Source: a virus. Taken from it: a stretch of DNA of 64,000 nt. The stretch is from IMG/VR virus record IMGVR_UViG_3300047566_000267, positions 4,126 through 68,125 of that record, one strand, 5' to 3'. Positions 47,852 through 57,221 of this stretch are shown here, piece by piece (the stretch's first letter is position 1; the number at the start of each line of letters is the position of its first letter). The notes under the pieces were generated by a model. That model did no database searches. It had not been told where the DNA came from and saw only the letters and a program-made list of their open reading frames with translations. The position numbers and the translations under genes were made by a program.

Positions 47852-50800
47852 ATGAGCTGGTTAGAGCAGTACAAGCAAGGTGGTATGATAAAGAGAGCAG
47901 ATGGTTCCTACTCTCAAAGAGGGTTGTGGGATAATATCCGGGCCAATGCTGGTTCAGGTAAAAAACCCACTAAGGAAATGCTGAGGCAGGAGAGGAAGAT
48001 AAAGAAGGAATACCAACCTGGAGGACTTTGGCAATCGGATAAAGTTGCTTGGGGAGATAGTGTGCTTGGAGCTAATGTACAAAAACCATGGGTTAAAGAT
48101 TTATTTAATCCTTTTACAAGTGATGCAAATCTTGGTTACGGAGAGGGGGACTATGGAACATACTGGGTACATCCTATAGGAAAAAGAGAGGGTATACAAT
48201 TTCCTAATAAAGACCAGGCTCAGTGGTTTATGAATTATGCTGGGGAACAGAAAGAACGTATTCCTTACCAACAAGCTGTAGAAAGGTTTCATCCTAAAGG
48301 GTATCAAACAGGTGGAGCAGTGTCTATAGATGGCTACAAAAACACCTCACCTGACCGGTTCAACTCTTTTAACATTATCCCATCTGGTAACATAACCATG
48401 GATGAGGTTAATCATCCTTTGCTTGGTATTGACAACCTAGGCAACAAAAAGCTCATGGTACCTGGGGCAGATTATAAATTCCCAGGACAAGTTGTTATGG
48501 AGTTCCCATTACAAAACTTACCAAAGCAGGTAAAGGTAGACTCTACTGTTATGGGTAAAGGTAAGCCTAGTGAGCACTCTAATTTTTCTATGCCTTTGTT
48601 TGAAGAAGGTGGATACATAGAAGAAATGAAAAATGGTGGTATACCCCAAAGATACAAGAACATGGGCTTTACCCATGTGGGACAAAAGAAGTCCGGGGAT
48701 GGGCAGCACAAATGGAAGGTACTGGCAAAGAAAGGTGACAGCTACAAAGTAGTACAAGGTGGTTACCGGGGAATGCAGGATTTTAAACAACACCACTCTG
48801 AGACAAGAAGGGATAATTTTTGGAGCAGAATGGGTGGTAGAGACTCTTCAAAAGCTAAAGACCCATTTAGTCCTTTGTACTGGCATAAGAGGTTTGGTAC
48901 TTGGGAATATGGTGGGTATGTACCTACATACCAACAAGGTGGGCCTAGGCAGGATTTACCTAAATACATGATACCTGCAGAAGACCCATACCAAAGAAGT
49001 CATTATGACCACGTTACAGGTAAAATGTATCTTACTCCTGAGCAATATGATAACCCTGATGTTTATAACCATGAAGCTTTTCATGAGTTTCAAGATAGGA
49101 TGGGCAGATTATCTGTACCTGGAAAATGGGAAGGGCCTTTAAAAAGACCATCTATGTTAGCTACACCTGAGTTACAAGGTGCATATTTTAACAGACAAGG
49201 ACTAGATGCAAATATACTAGGTAATAGATTTATACAAAAACATCCTGAATTTCAATTTGTACCAGGTGATGTGCTTTATGATAAATACATAGATGCAGCT
49301 AGATATGGAGAACCTTGGACAGTAGAAGGGGAGGCAAAAGATTTTGAAAACTATATGCATAAAAAAAGAATGCAGGGTGGTGGACCTGCTCCTATATATG
49401 TATCATCGGATAATGATCCTCAGTATAAATCTTTTCAAGATAGTTCTTATTTACATAATTTTGGACAAAGACTTCTTAGTAATTATAAACGTCTTGCAGG
49501 AAATGATGTAGTAGAAGTAAAAAAAGGTTCTTCATATGATAAAATGCTTAGAGAAAAAGTAAGGCCTGAGCAATTAATGGATAATAGTCAAGCTATTGGT
49601 GTTCTCAAAAATGATATGTTAGAATTTCAATCTAAAGGTAACAAATCAATTAAACCTAATGATTTTGTTGCTTTTATATCAAATCCTGATAACAGTGCAA
49701 AAGATATTTTAACTGGCAGGTCATTTTTAAACCTTTTTGGTAAAGGACAAAGAGTTCCAGGAGCAAGAATACCTCAGTGGAAAGAACCTGTTCAACAAGT
49801 AATATATCAACCCTCTACAATACCTACACAAAAAAATATAATAGTCACAAAACAAAAACCAACTTTACAACACATTCCAAAAATAGGAGTATCTGGATTG
49901 GAAGAACTTCCAGTTAATATACAACAACAAAATTTACAGTATGTAAACCCAGAAGATGCAAACTTAAATCCAGAGGTATGGCTTTCACCTGAGGTACAAG
50001 GAAACTTTTTTAGACCTGCAGGTTTTTACAAACAAGGAATATTACCTGGACAAAACTGGGTACCAAATAGAAAATACGGAGGCTGGTTAAGTAAGTATCA
50101 GGAAGGTGGCTGGAAGCCAAGCACAACAGCTACAATCAATACTCCTTTACCTACAGGTGTATCAGCTGGTACTGTAAATTACCAAGATTGGGAACATAAA
50201 CCATCTGTAGCTACACCTGACCCACAAGTATTGGAACAAATAAGAAGGGAACAAGAGTTGTCTAGTAAAAGTCTTATAGGCAAAGCAAGGCAAAAACTTG
50301 AATCTATTCCTTTTCCTTTAAACATGCCTACTTATCCAATAGAAGCTGCTACAAGAATATTTGATCCTCATTATCATTACACACAAGGATACTCTGGTTA
50401 TAGTGCTTTTCCTGGTGCAGGTCAAGCAATGATGGATGCTGATGCAATAGTTGGTTTAGGAGAAGGTATAGCAGGAATAGGTAGAAGTGCAAGTAGAGAA
50501 ATGAGATCAATACCTAAGAGTCTTGAAAGAATAAAAACAGCCACTATACCTGTTGCACCATTGTCTCCTAGTGAAACTAACCTTTTAAAAAATACAAGAG
50601 TTGTAGGATCTATAGCTCAGAGTGGTAGCTTTGAAGATGCTGCCATGTTACAAAAATTAATGGGTAAAGTAGAAAATTTACCTGATGATCATTTAAAAAA
50701 TCTGACTGGTTTTACAAAGGATGAAATAAAACAAAAAATAGAAAATCTAAAAAGTGCAGAAATAGCAAAGAAGCAAAAAGAAGCTAGTGCTGTTTCAGAT

Positions 50801-51673
50801 GACTCTGATTTTGCAAGATTTCAAGAAAGACTGAGAAGGCATCAAGCACAAACTCAACAACAAGCACAAACTATCAGTAATTTATATAGGGATATATTTT
50901 CAGAAGAAAGAGTACCTGAGCCTGTACTAAACCCTAGCACACATTCCTACTCTTCAGAAGGAATAGACCCCCAAAGAGTAGATGCTATAAGAAGAAGATT
51001 TATACAAGGACAGAGGCTTAATTTAGAGGAACAAAGTTTTTTGCAAAGAGCAAATCAAGCTCTTATAGACGATATAGATTTACCTAGTCCTTCTAGTTGG
51101 GAAACTTATACTGCCCCTTCTTATTATAATTGGGGACCTTTAGTAAAACCAGTAGAAAAACCTACTATAACAAGTAAATTAACTGACTGGTATTTGCAAA
51201 AAAAAGGACTTGCTCCAATTCAAAAAACAGCAATGCCAGTTACAGAAACTCTTTTACCTAGTTTACATTCTGGGGCAGGAGTAAATCCTGCAGCTAAAAT
51301 TTTACAGGCATATAATAAAGTAAAAGCAGCTCCAAAAGGTCAAAGTTTTATACCTGCTCATTCAATGTCAACTGATAGTTATCCTGCAAGTCTAGGTATG
51401 ATTAACAAAATAGTTAATGAAGATATTGCCAATATTAACTATCATGGGCATCAAGGTTTAAATAATCTTGGATTTCCTACACAAGCAGGTATATCAAATG
51501 ATGTAATGGTAAGAGAGATAAACCAACATCTGCAAAATATAAACAAGAACATGCAAAATAAAATACCATATGCTTATCTTGATGAAAGTGGTTCTATACA
51601 AGCTCCTATATTAACAGGAACAAGAAAAAAATATGGTGGTACAATAAAAAATAACTGGTTAAAAAATTATTAA
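47852..51673 (+). CDS. modular internal virion (cargo) protein with an HExxH domain
   Basis: 1273 aa after the muzzle gene; repeated xxxGG motifs; HEAFH at 49070-49084. Confidence 0.75.
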   Translation: MSWLEQYKQGGMIKRADGSYSQRGLWDNIRANAGSGKKPTKEMLRQERKIKKEYQPGGLWQSDKVAWGDSVLGANVQKPWVKDLFNPFTSDANLGYGEGDYGTYWVHPIGKREGIQFPNKDQAQWFMNYAGEQKERIPYQQAVERFHPKGYQTGGAVSIDGYKNTSPDRFNSFNIIPSGNITMDEVNHPLLGIDNLGNKKLMVPGADYKFPGQVVMEFPLQNLPKQVKVDSTVMGKGKPSEHSNFSMPLFEEGGYIEEMKNGGIPQRYKNMGFTHVGQKKSGDGQHKWKVLAKKGDSYKVVQGGYRGMQDFKQHHSETRRDNFWSRMGGRDSSKAKDPFSPLYWHKRFGTWEYGGYVPTYQQGGPRQDLPKYMIPAEDPYQRSHYDHVTGKMYLTPEQYDNPDVYNHEAFHEFQDRMGRLSVPGKWEGPLKRPSMLATPELQGAYFNRQGLDANILGNRFIQKHPEFQFVPGDVLYDKYIDAARYGEPWTVEGEAKDFENYMHKKRMQGGGPAPIYVSSDNDPQYKSFQDSSYLHNFGQRLLSNYKRLAGNDVVEVKKGSSYDKMLREKVRPEQLMDNSQAIGVLKNDMLEFQSKGNKSIKPNDFVAFISNPDNSAKDILTGRSFLNLFGKGQRVPGARIPQWKEPVQQVIYQPSTIPTQKNIIVTKQKPTLQHIPKIGVSGLEELPVNIQQQNLQYVNPEDANLNPEVWLSPEVQGNFFRPAGFYKQGILPGQNWVPNRKYGGWLSKYQEGGWKPSTTATINTPLPTGVSAGTVNYQDWEHKPSVATPDPQVLEQIRREQELSSKSLIGKARQKLESIPFPLNMPTYPIEAATRIFDPHYHYTQGYSGYSAFPGAGQAMMDADAIVGLGEGIAGIGRSASREMRSIPKSLERIKTATIPVAPLSPSETNLLKNTRVVGSIAQSGSFEDAAMLQKLMGKVENLPDDHLKNLTGFTKDEIKQKIENLKSAEIAKKQKEASAVSDDSDFARFQERLRRHQAQTQQQAQTISNLYRDIFSEERVPEPVLNPSTHSYSSEGIDPQRVDAIRRRFIQGQRLNLEEQSFLQRANQALIDDIDLPSPSSWETYTAPSYYNWGPLVKPVEKPTITSKLTDWYLQKKGLAPIQKTAMPVTETLLPSLHSGAGVNPAAKILQAYNKVKAAPKGQSFIPAHSMSTDSYPASLGMINKIVNEDIANINYHGHQGLNNLGFPTQAGISNDVMVREINQHLQNINKNMQNKIPYAYLDESGSIQAPILTGTRKKYGGTIKNNWLKNY

Positions 51674-51691
51674 TACATAAAAACAATAACA

Positions 51692-53743
51692 ATGCATCCA
51701 TTTTTAAAAGCAGCAGGAGTTAAAAACGAACAGGAGTTTTACTCCAAATACCCTTCAGAAGAGCATTTCTTTGCAGCTCATCCTCATATGAAGAATGGAG
51801 GTGCTGCTTCAGGCCATCCTGGTTCTTACTGGAATGGTGAGCAGTGGGTATCTACTGCAGGTGATTCAGGTACATTCAGTGGTGGTACATATTTTGCTAA
51901 TGGTGGTAGCTACTCCAAGATGGGTGGCCCTACTTTTATGCCCGGTGGATCTGCTCCTATTTTTAAGATGGGAGGAGGGACTGCTTCATTCAATATCAGT
52001 AACAACGAATATCCTACTCCTTTTGCTATGGCACCGGGAATAGGTAAAGGCTCTGGTTATCTTCAGGATCTTCCTACACACATGGCATTTGGTGGTATAA
52101 CCCCAGGTGCAGAAATAGTAAATCCTTTTGCTATGAATCCGGGCACTGGTAAAGGTGGTGGTATGCTTCAAGACTTACCGGTAGAGATGAAAAAAGGTGG
52201 TAAGCACCATAAAAGCAAGAAACTTTCACCTGCTCAAATGCAGATGATGATGGCTGCTATGCAACAACAACCTCAGGGTATGCCACAAGGTATGCCTATG
52301 GGTATGGCACCACAAGGAATGAGTCCTCAAGATCAGCAGATGATGGCTATGCAACAAGCTCAAGGCCAAGGACAGCAACCCATGATGTCTCCACAGGATC
52401 AACAGGCTATGATGATGCAACAGCAAGGTGGTGGACAACCTATGCAACCAGGTATGATGAAGAAAGGAGGTATTTACATTAAGCCATCAAAGAGAGGAAC
52501 CTTTACTGCTGCAGCTTCAAAACACGGTAAAAGTGTTCAGGCATTTGCTTCCCAGGTTCTTGCACACAAAGAGAACTATTCACCTGCTATGGTGAAGAAG
52601 GCTAACTTTGCCAGGAATGCTGCTAAGTGGCACCATGAGTTTGGTGGGCCAGCTATGCCAGACAATCCAGGCTTTAGGGCTTTACCTGCATCAGTACAGC
52701 AGAAAATAATGGACAACATGCAAACAGGTGGCATGGTAACTGCAGATAGAATGGTTTATATGCCGGGTGGTACTTACCAACAGGGTGGGCAAACTAATGA
52801 GTATGCTAACATGGCTATTGGGCAGATGAACCAGATGCAGCATAAGATAGGTGAACTTGGACAGGTACTAAACCAAAATACTCATGTTGAACCATGGGTA
52901 GCTAGTAAAATGACCCTGGCTAATGACTACCTTAACAGCATTGAGAATTACCTGGAACATAACCCAGAGGCACAACAACATATGATGCAGGGAGGACAAT
53001 TTCCTAGCTTTGAAGCATATGGTGGGTATGTAAATCCATTCCATCCTTTGGCTAAGTTTATGGCCCATGGTGGGTACTACCAAAGAGGAGGTGACACCAG
53101 TATTAAACGGTCTAGTAGATTTGGAGTTGGTGACTATGAAGATCCTACAGAAATGCCTACTGACCCAGTAAGTGCTCCTACAGGACAAGATGACCAAACT
53201 GCTGCAAGCACCGATGTAGTAACTATGCCTCAGGAACCTACTGCAACTTGGAACAAAGGAATGACAGATTATGGACAAGGATCTATAGGTACTTATAATC
53301 CTAATACCGGCAACACAATAGATGGTAGTACCAACTGGGGACAAAATATTTCTAAATGGGCACAAACCGGGGAAGGTCTTTTTAATACTGCTTTAAATCT
53401 TGGAAAAGCTTATACCTCAATAAAGGATGCTAAAAAACAAGCTGAGTACAGGCAGAAAAAAGGGCAAACAATAAATGCTTTTGCAGCTGTAAACCAACCC
53501 GGAGGGCATGGTGATTATACTCCTAACCAAGGTTTGTTCCGTCCAGATAGTTATATTCCTGTAAGAGCCGGCTACTTCCCTCCTTCTATGGGTAAGTATG
53601 GTGGTACCTTTATGATGGGGGGTATGCCTATGAGGGATACTGCTTATGCTACAGGTGGATATGTACCTGGTAGTGTGCATGAAGTAGATGATGCTGAGAT
53701 AGCAAGATTACGGAAGTTAGGATATGAGGTAGAAATGATGTAA
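51692..53743 (+). CDS. modular, low-complexity cargo protein
   Basis: About 20 xxxGG motifs, a Q/M/P-rich tract, and an IYIKPSKRGTFT...KANFARNAAKW module. Confidence 0.75.
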   Translation: MHPFLKAAGVKNEQEFYSKYPSEEHFFAAHPHMKNGGAASGHPGSYWNGEQWVSTAGDSGTFSGGTYFANGGSYSKMGGPTFMPGGSAPIFKMGGGTASFNISNNEYPTPFAMAPGIGKGSGYLQDLPTHMAFGGITPGAEIVNPFAMNPGTGKGGGMLQDLPVEMKKGGKHHKSKKLSPAQMQMMMAAMQQQPQGMPQGMPMGMAPQGMSPQDQQMMAMQQAQGQGQQPMMSPQDQQAMMMQQQGGGQPMQPGMMKKGGIYIKPSKRGTFTAAASKHGKSVQAFASQVLAHKENYSPAMVKKANFARNAAKWHHEFGGPAMPDNPGFRALPASVQQKIMDNMQTGGMVTADRMVYMPGGTYQQGGQTNEYANMAIGQMNQMQHKIGELGQVLNQNTHVEPWVASKMTLANDYLNSIENYLEHNPEAQQHMMQGGQFPSFEAYGGYVNPFHPLAKFMAHGGYYQRGGDTSIKRSSRFGVGDYEDPTEMPTDPVSAPTGQDDQTAASTDVVTMPQEPTATWNKGMTDYGQGSIGTYNPNTGNTIDGSTNWGQNISKWAQTGEGLFNTALNLGKAYTSIKDAKKQAEYRQKKGQTINAFAAVNQPGGHGDYTPNQGLFRPDSYIPVRAGYFPPSMGKYGGTFMMGGMPMRDTAYATGGYVPGSVHEVDDAEIARLRKLGYEVEMM

Positions 53744-53766
53744 TTTAATAGTGACAAACCAGTACA

Positions 53767-56700
53767 ATGGCCAAAATAAAAATAAAAGCAGTACCAAAAA
53801 TGCAGGGAGGGGGCTATACCTTCCCTTTTGGTGCTCCAGTTACTGCAGGAGAAAGAGAAAGTTGGAATAGATACCAAGCTGCTCTTTCAAAAGTACCTGG
53901 GCAGGGAGTAATTAATTGGGGAGGTTCAGAGGATCTTCAAAAAAGAATAGCTCAGGAAACTGGATTCCCTTATGAAAGAGCTGCTGCTATACAAGCTGAT
54001 ATGATGTCTAGGGCATCCACAATGCCAGGCTCTGTTTCTGGTATAACTGGTAAAGATCCATGGGGTGGATTACCGGGCTGGGTAGGAGGTAGAGAGAAAC
54101 AAAAAAGCTACCCTGTTTACCAATATGAGCAACAAAAAAAGAACCCGGCTACTGGTGGGTATGAAACATATTACACAGAGAAAACCGGTACTGAGGCTAT
54201 TCCTTCTGCCGGCCTTGCTTCTTTTACAGAACGTGCTCATAAAGCAGTACCAACACAACAACCAATACAAGAAACAGGTTCCTCAAAACTTCCTACAAAT
54301 TTTACCGGATCTTATCAGGGTAAATCTTATATAGGAGGAGTAGAGGATGTGCCTGTTGCAAAATATGGAGGAATGAAAAAGAAAATACGTATAAAAAGTA
54401 TGCCTACCAATACACCAGTTGACAATATCCGTATGGGTGCTGGTGAAGGAGAAACACCTATGATGTGGGCAGGTGGATATGCATCTAAGGGCCCATCACA
54501 TGGTTATGGTAACCAACAAGTTGGTCAGGGATATGCTTTGGATAGGTTCTGGTCTTCTCCTACCGGGTATCCGGGGGGTACTGCAAAAGTCAGCCCTTAC
54601 CATAGTACAGGCAAAACCTTACCTGAAGCAAAAGAAGGTGGTGATATAAATGCTGAAAAACAAGAACAGGTACTTGGAGACTTTGACCAGGATGGTTCAA
54701 TGGAACTGATGAATGTTAATGGTAAGCCACACACTCAAGGTGGTAAAGATATTAATGTTCCTTCTAATTCATTTGTATACTCTGATACCAAAGCTCTTAA
54801 AATAAAAGATGCCACAGTACTTGCTATGTTTGGCATGCAGCCAAAAAGAGGAGGCTATACTCCGGCCGAAATAGCTAAGAAGTATGACCTCAACAAATTC
54901 AAAAAAGTATTGAGTGATCCTAATGCTGATGTCAGTGCAAAAACCACAGCCCAACTCATGACTGACAATTATCTGGCTAAGTTAGACAAACTGGCTAAGG
55001 TACAGGAAGGCATGAAGAAACATATGGGTATGGACCACCATGATCCTAATGCTCCTAAAGAAACAAAATATGGAGGCGTGCCTATGATGCAAAGTGATGG
55101 TCGTCCTGATAAAGTTTACACCCATCAATTTGATGAGAGTGGAAAAATGACTCTTGTACCTGAGGAAGATAATGATATAGCCAATACCCAAATAGCACAA
55201 ACAGTATCTCCTGTTTATAAGATGCAAGTCTCAAATAATTATGGGTCAGATTATGCTCCTTGGGACCCTCGTGTAGGGCAGGCACAAGGATACCCAGCAA
55301 CTGCTCCTCAGACAACTGCAGATTACCAACGGTGGGCAAATATGAGAGGAGCTGGTTTAAAAGTGGATGATAAACTAGGTGTACAAACTCTTGGTTGGGA
55401 GAACCCAGATAAATCAATAAGTAGGTTACCGGTAACTAATTCTATGATTTTTGGAAACCAAGATAGCATCCAACCTCTTGAACTTGCGGGTCTTAAATTG
55501 CTGCCTACAGATATCCAACAGCAGCAGATGAGTGGTGTAGATATGCCGGGTTTACCAAAAGAAAAAGTAAGTGGTAAAGGTAATAAGTGGAAGATGGCAA
55601 TAGATCCCAATTTATATGGAGACTTTATGACCGGGCTACAAATGGCTCAATTAAGAAAATTCCATCCATATGAACCAGTACCACAGGCAGTAATACCTGA
55701 AACAGTATTTGCTGATCCTACAAGAGCCATTGCTGCACAACAAGAAATGGCAAGAACAGCTATGGAAATGGCTGGTCAAGGAGATCAGAGGGCAGCAAGG
55801 GCAACTACATTGGGACTACAAGGTGAAGCCGGCAAACAAGCTGCTGATGTAATAGCACAGTATAATACTCAAAATGTTGCTATAGCTAATGCTGCTAATG
55901 CACAGGCTGCCCAGTTAACCAATGAACTTATGGCTAAACAGGCCAATAGGCTTGCTGAACTAAACAAAGCCGGGTTCCTGGCAGATAGGGATTACCAAAG
56001 AGAAATGGGTAGGTTGCAGGCTGAATATGCTGATAGAAAACAAAAACAGCATGATACAGCAGTTAAAACAGCATGGCTTAACAAAACCTCACCTTACTTT
56101 GATATTGACCCTATTACACAAATGCCTGTATTTAAAAGTGATAGAGCTAAAGATGCATATTTTAAAGATTTACAAGGAGGTCCTAGTACAGGAATGGGGA
56201 CAGATTATGCTTCTCTTGTAAAAAAGTTTACTGGTCCGGGTTATAATTTACCTCAGGATAAAGCTGAAGAATTAGCAATAGGGCAAATAGAACAAGAGCT
56301 TAGAATACCAAGGACAAGAACAACAGGTACTGACCCTGCTACTGGTAGAAAGGTAGTGACAAGTGCTCCTGTAAATCAAAGTAAATATGGTGGCTCAATG
56401 ATGAGATATGGTGGTTCCCACATGGCTCTACCAAGCATGGCACCTGCTTACCAACAGAATGCTGAAAGAATACCATATTACCAAATAGGAGGAGAGTTTG
56501 TCGGACTTCCTTCTATGCCAACATTGTTTCCTTCAGTAGACAATACACGTTACCAACAGCCTGTAGCCCCACAATACTCTCAAGAAGAAATGAGTTTTCC
56601 AAAAGGAAAACCATTAGCCGGTGTGCCAACAAAAAGAATGTCTAAAACAGACATAGCTACTGCAACAAATAACCCAGGTAACATTATCTACAAACCAATA

Positions 56701-57087
56701 TTTGGAGAATTATTTGGGGCTACCAGCTCTGGTATAAAACAGAAAGATGGTAATGGTATGTTTGCTTCTTTCCCGGATCTTGAAACAGGTGTAAAAGCAT
56801 ACCAAACCCAACTGTTTGGTGATACAGATGGTGTAATGAAATCAGACTACTACAAGAAAGATACCACTGTAGACCAGGCTCTAAAAAAGTGGAGTAATGG
56901 TGGCTATGATGGTAATATCTACCCTGAAATAAAAGATAAAAAATTGGGAGAACTGTCTCAGGCAGAAAGAAAAGAATTGGCCAAAAGGCAGATAAAACAT
57001 GAGTCAGGTGATATGTACAAGATACTCCAACAAAGAGGAGTATTTAAATACGGTGGTAGTGCTCTACAAAAATTTATGAAAAAATAG
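53767..57087 (+). CDS. cargo protein with a C-terminal NNPGN lysozyme-like domain
   Basis: AEKQE...GKPHTQGG...FVYSD crAss cargo module; NNPGNI...FASFPDLETG...T...KKW. Confidence 0.75.
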   Translation: MAKIKIKAVPKMQGGGYTFPFGAPVTAGERESWNRYQAALSKVPGQGVINWGGSEDLQKRIAQETGFPYERAAAIQADMMSRASTMPGSVSGITGKDPWGGLPGWVGGREKQKSYPVYQYEQQKKNPATGGYETYYTEKTGTEAIPSAGLASFTERAHKAVPTQQPIQETGSSKLPTNFTGSYQGKSYIGGVEDVPVAKYGGMKKKIRIKSMPTNTPVDNIRMGAGEGETPMMWAGGYASKGPSHGYGNQQVGQGYALDRFWSSPTGYPGGTAKVSPYHSTGKTLPEAKEGGDINAEKQEQVLGDFDQDGSMELMNVNGKPHTQGGKDINVPSNSFVYSDTKALKIKDATVLAMFGMQPKRGGYTPAEIAKKYDLNKFKKVLSDPNADVSAKTTAQLMTDNYLAKLDKLAKVQEGMKKHMGMDHHDPNAPKETKYGGVPMMQSDGRPDKVYTHQFDESGKMTLVPEEDNDIANTQIAQTVSPVYKMQVSNNYGSDYAPWDPRVGQAQGYPATAPQTTADYQRWANMRGAGLKVDDKLGVQTLGWENPDKSISRLPVTNSMIFGNQDSIQPLELAGLKLLPTDIQQQQMSGVDMPGLPKEKVSGKGNKWKMAIDPNLYGDFMTGLQMAQLRKFHPYEPVPQAVIPETVFADPTRAIAAQQEMARTAMEMAGQGDQRAARATTLGLQGEAGKQAADVIAQYNTQNVAIANAANAQAAQLTNELMAKQANRLAELNKAGFLADRDYQREMGRLQAEYADRKQKQHDTAVKTAWLNKTSPYFDIDPITQMPVFKSDRAKDAYFKDLQGGPSTGMGTDYASLVKKFTGPGYNLPQDKAEELAIGQIEQELRIPRTRTTGTDPATGRKVVTSAPVNQSKYGGSMMRYGGSHMALPSMAPAYQQNAERIPYYQIGGEFVGLPSMPTLFPSVDNTRYQQPVAPQYSQEEMSFPKGKPLAGVPTKRMSKTDIATATNNPGNIIYKPIFGELFGATSSGIKQKDGNGMFASFPDLETGVKAYQTQLFGDTDGVMKSDYYKKDTTVDQALKKWSNGGYDGNIYPEIKDKKLGELSQAERKELAKRQIKHESGDMYKILQQRGVFKYGGSALQKFMKK

Positions 57088-57221
57088 AATAAACATAAAA
57101 GGTTTGCAAGAGGTGCATATAAAAGGTTTATTTGACCGATTATTTGCACCTTATTTGTTTACTACGTATATTTATATCGTAGTAGCAGTACTTGATTAGT
57201 TACTTACAAAATATTATAAAA

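Noticed and set aside
54676-54696. GDFDQDG as an RNA polymerase catalytic DxDxD motif
   Set aside because: It lies in a small cargo module with no double-psi beta-barrel context and is more like a Ca-binding loop. I did not recognise an RNAP active site in the window.
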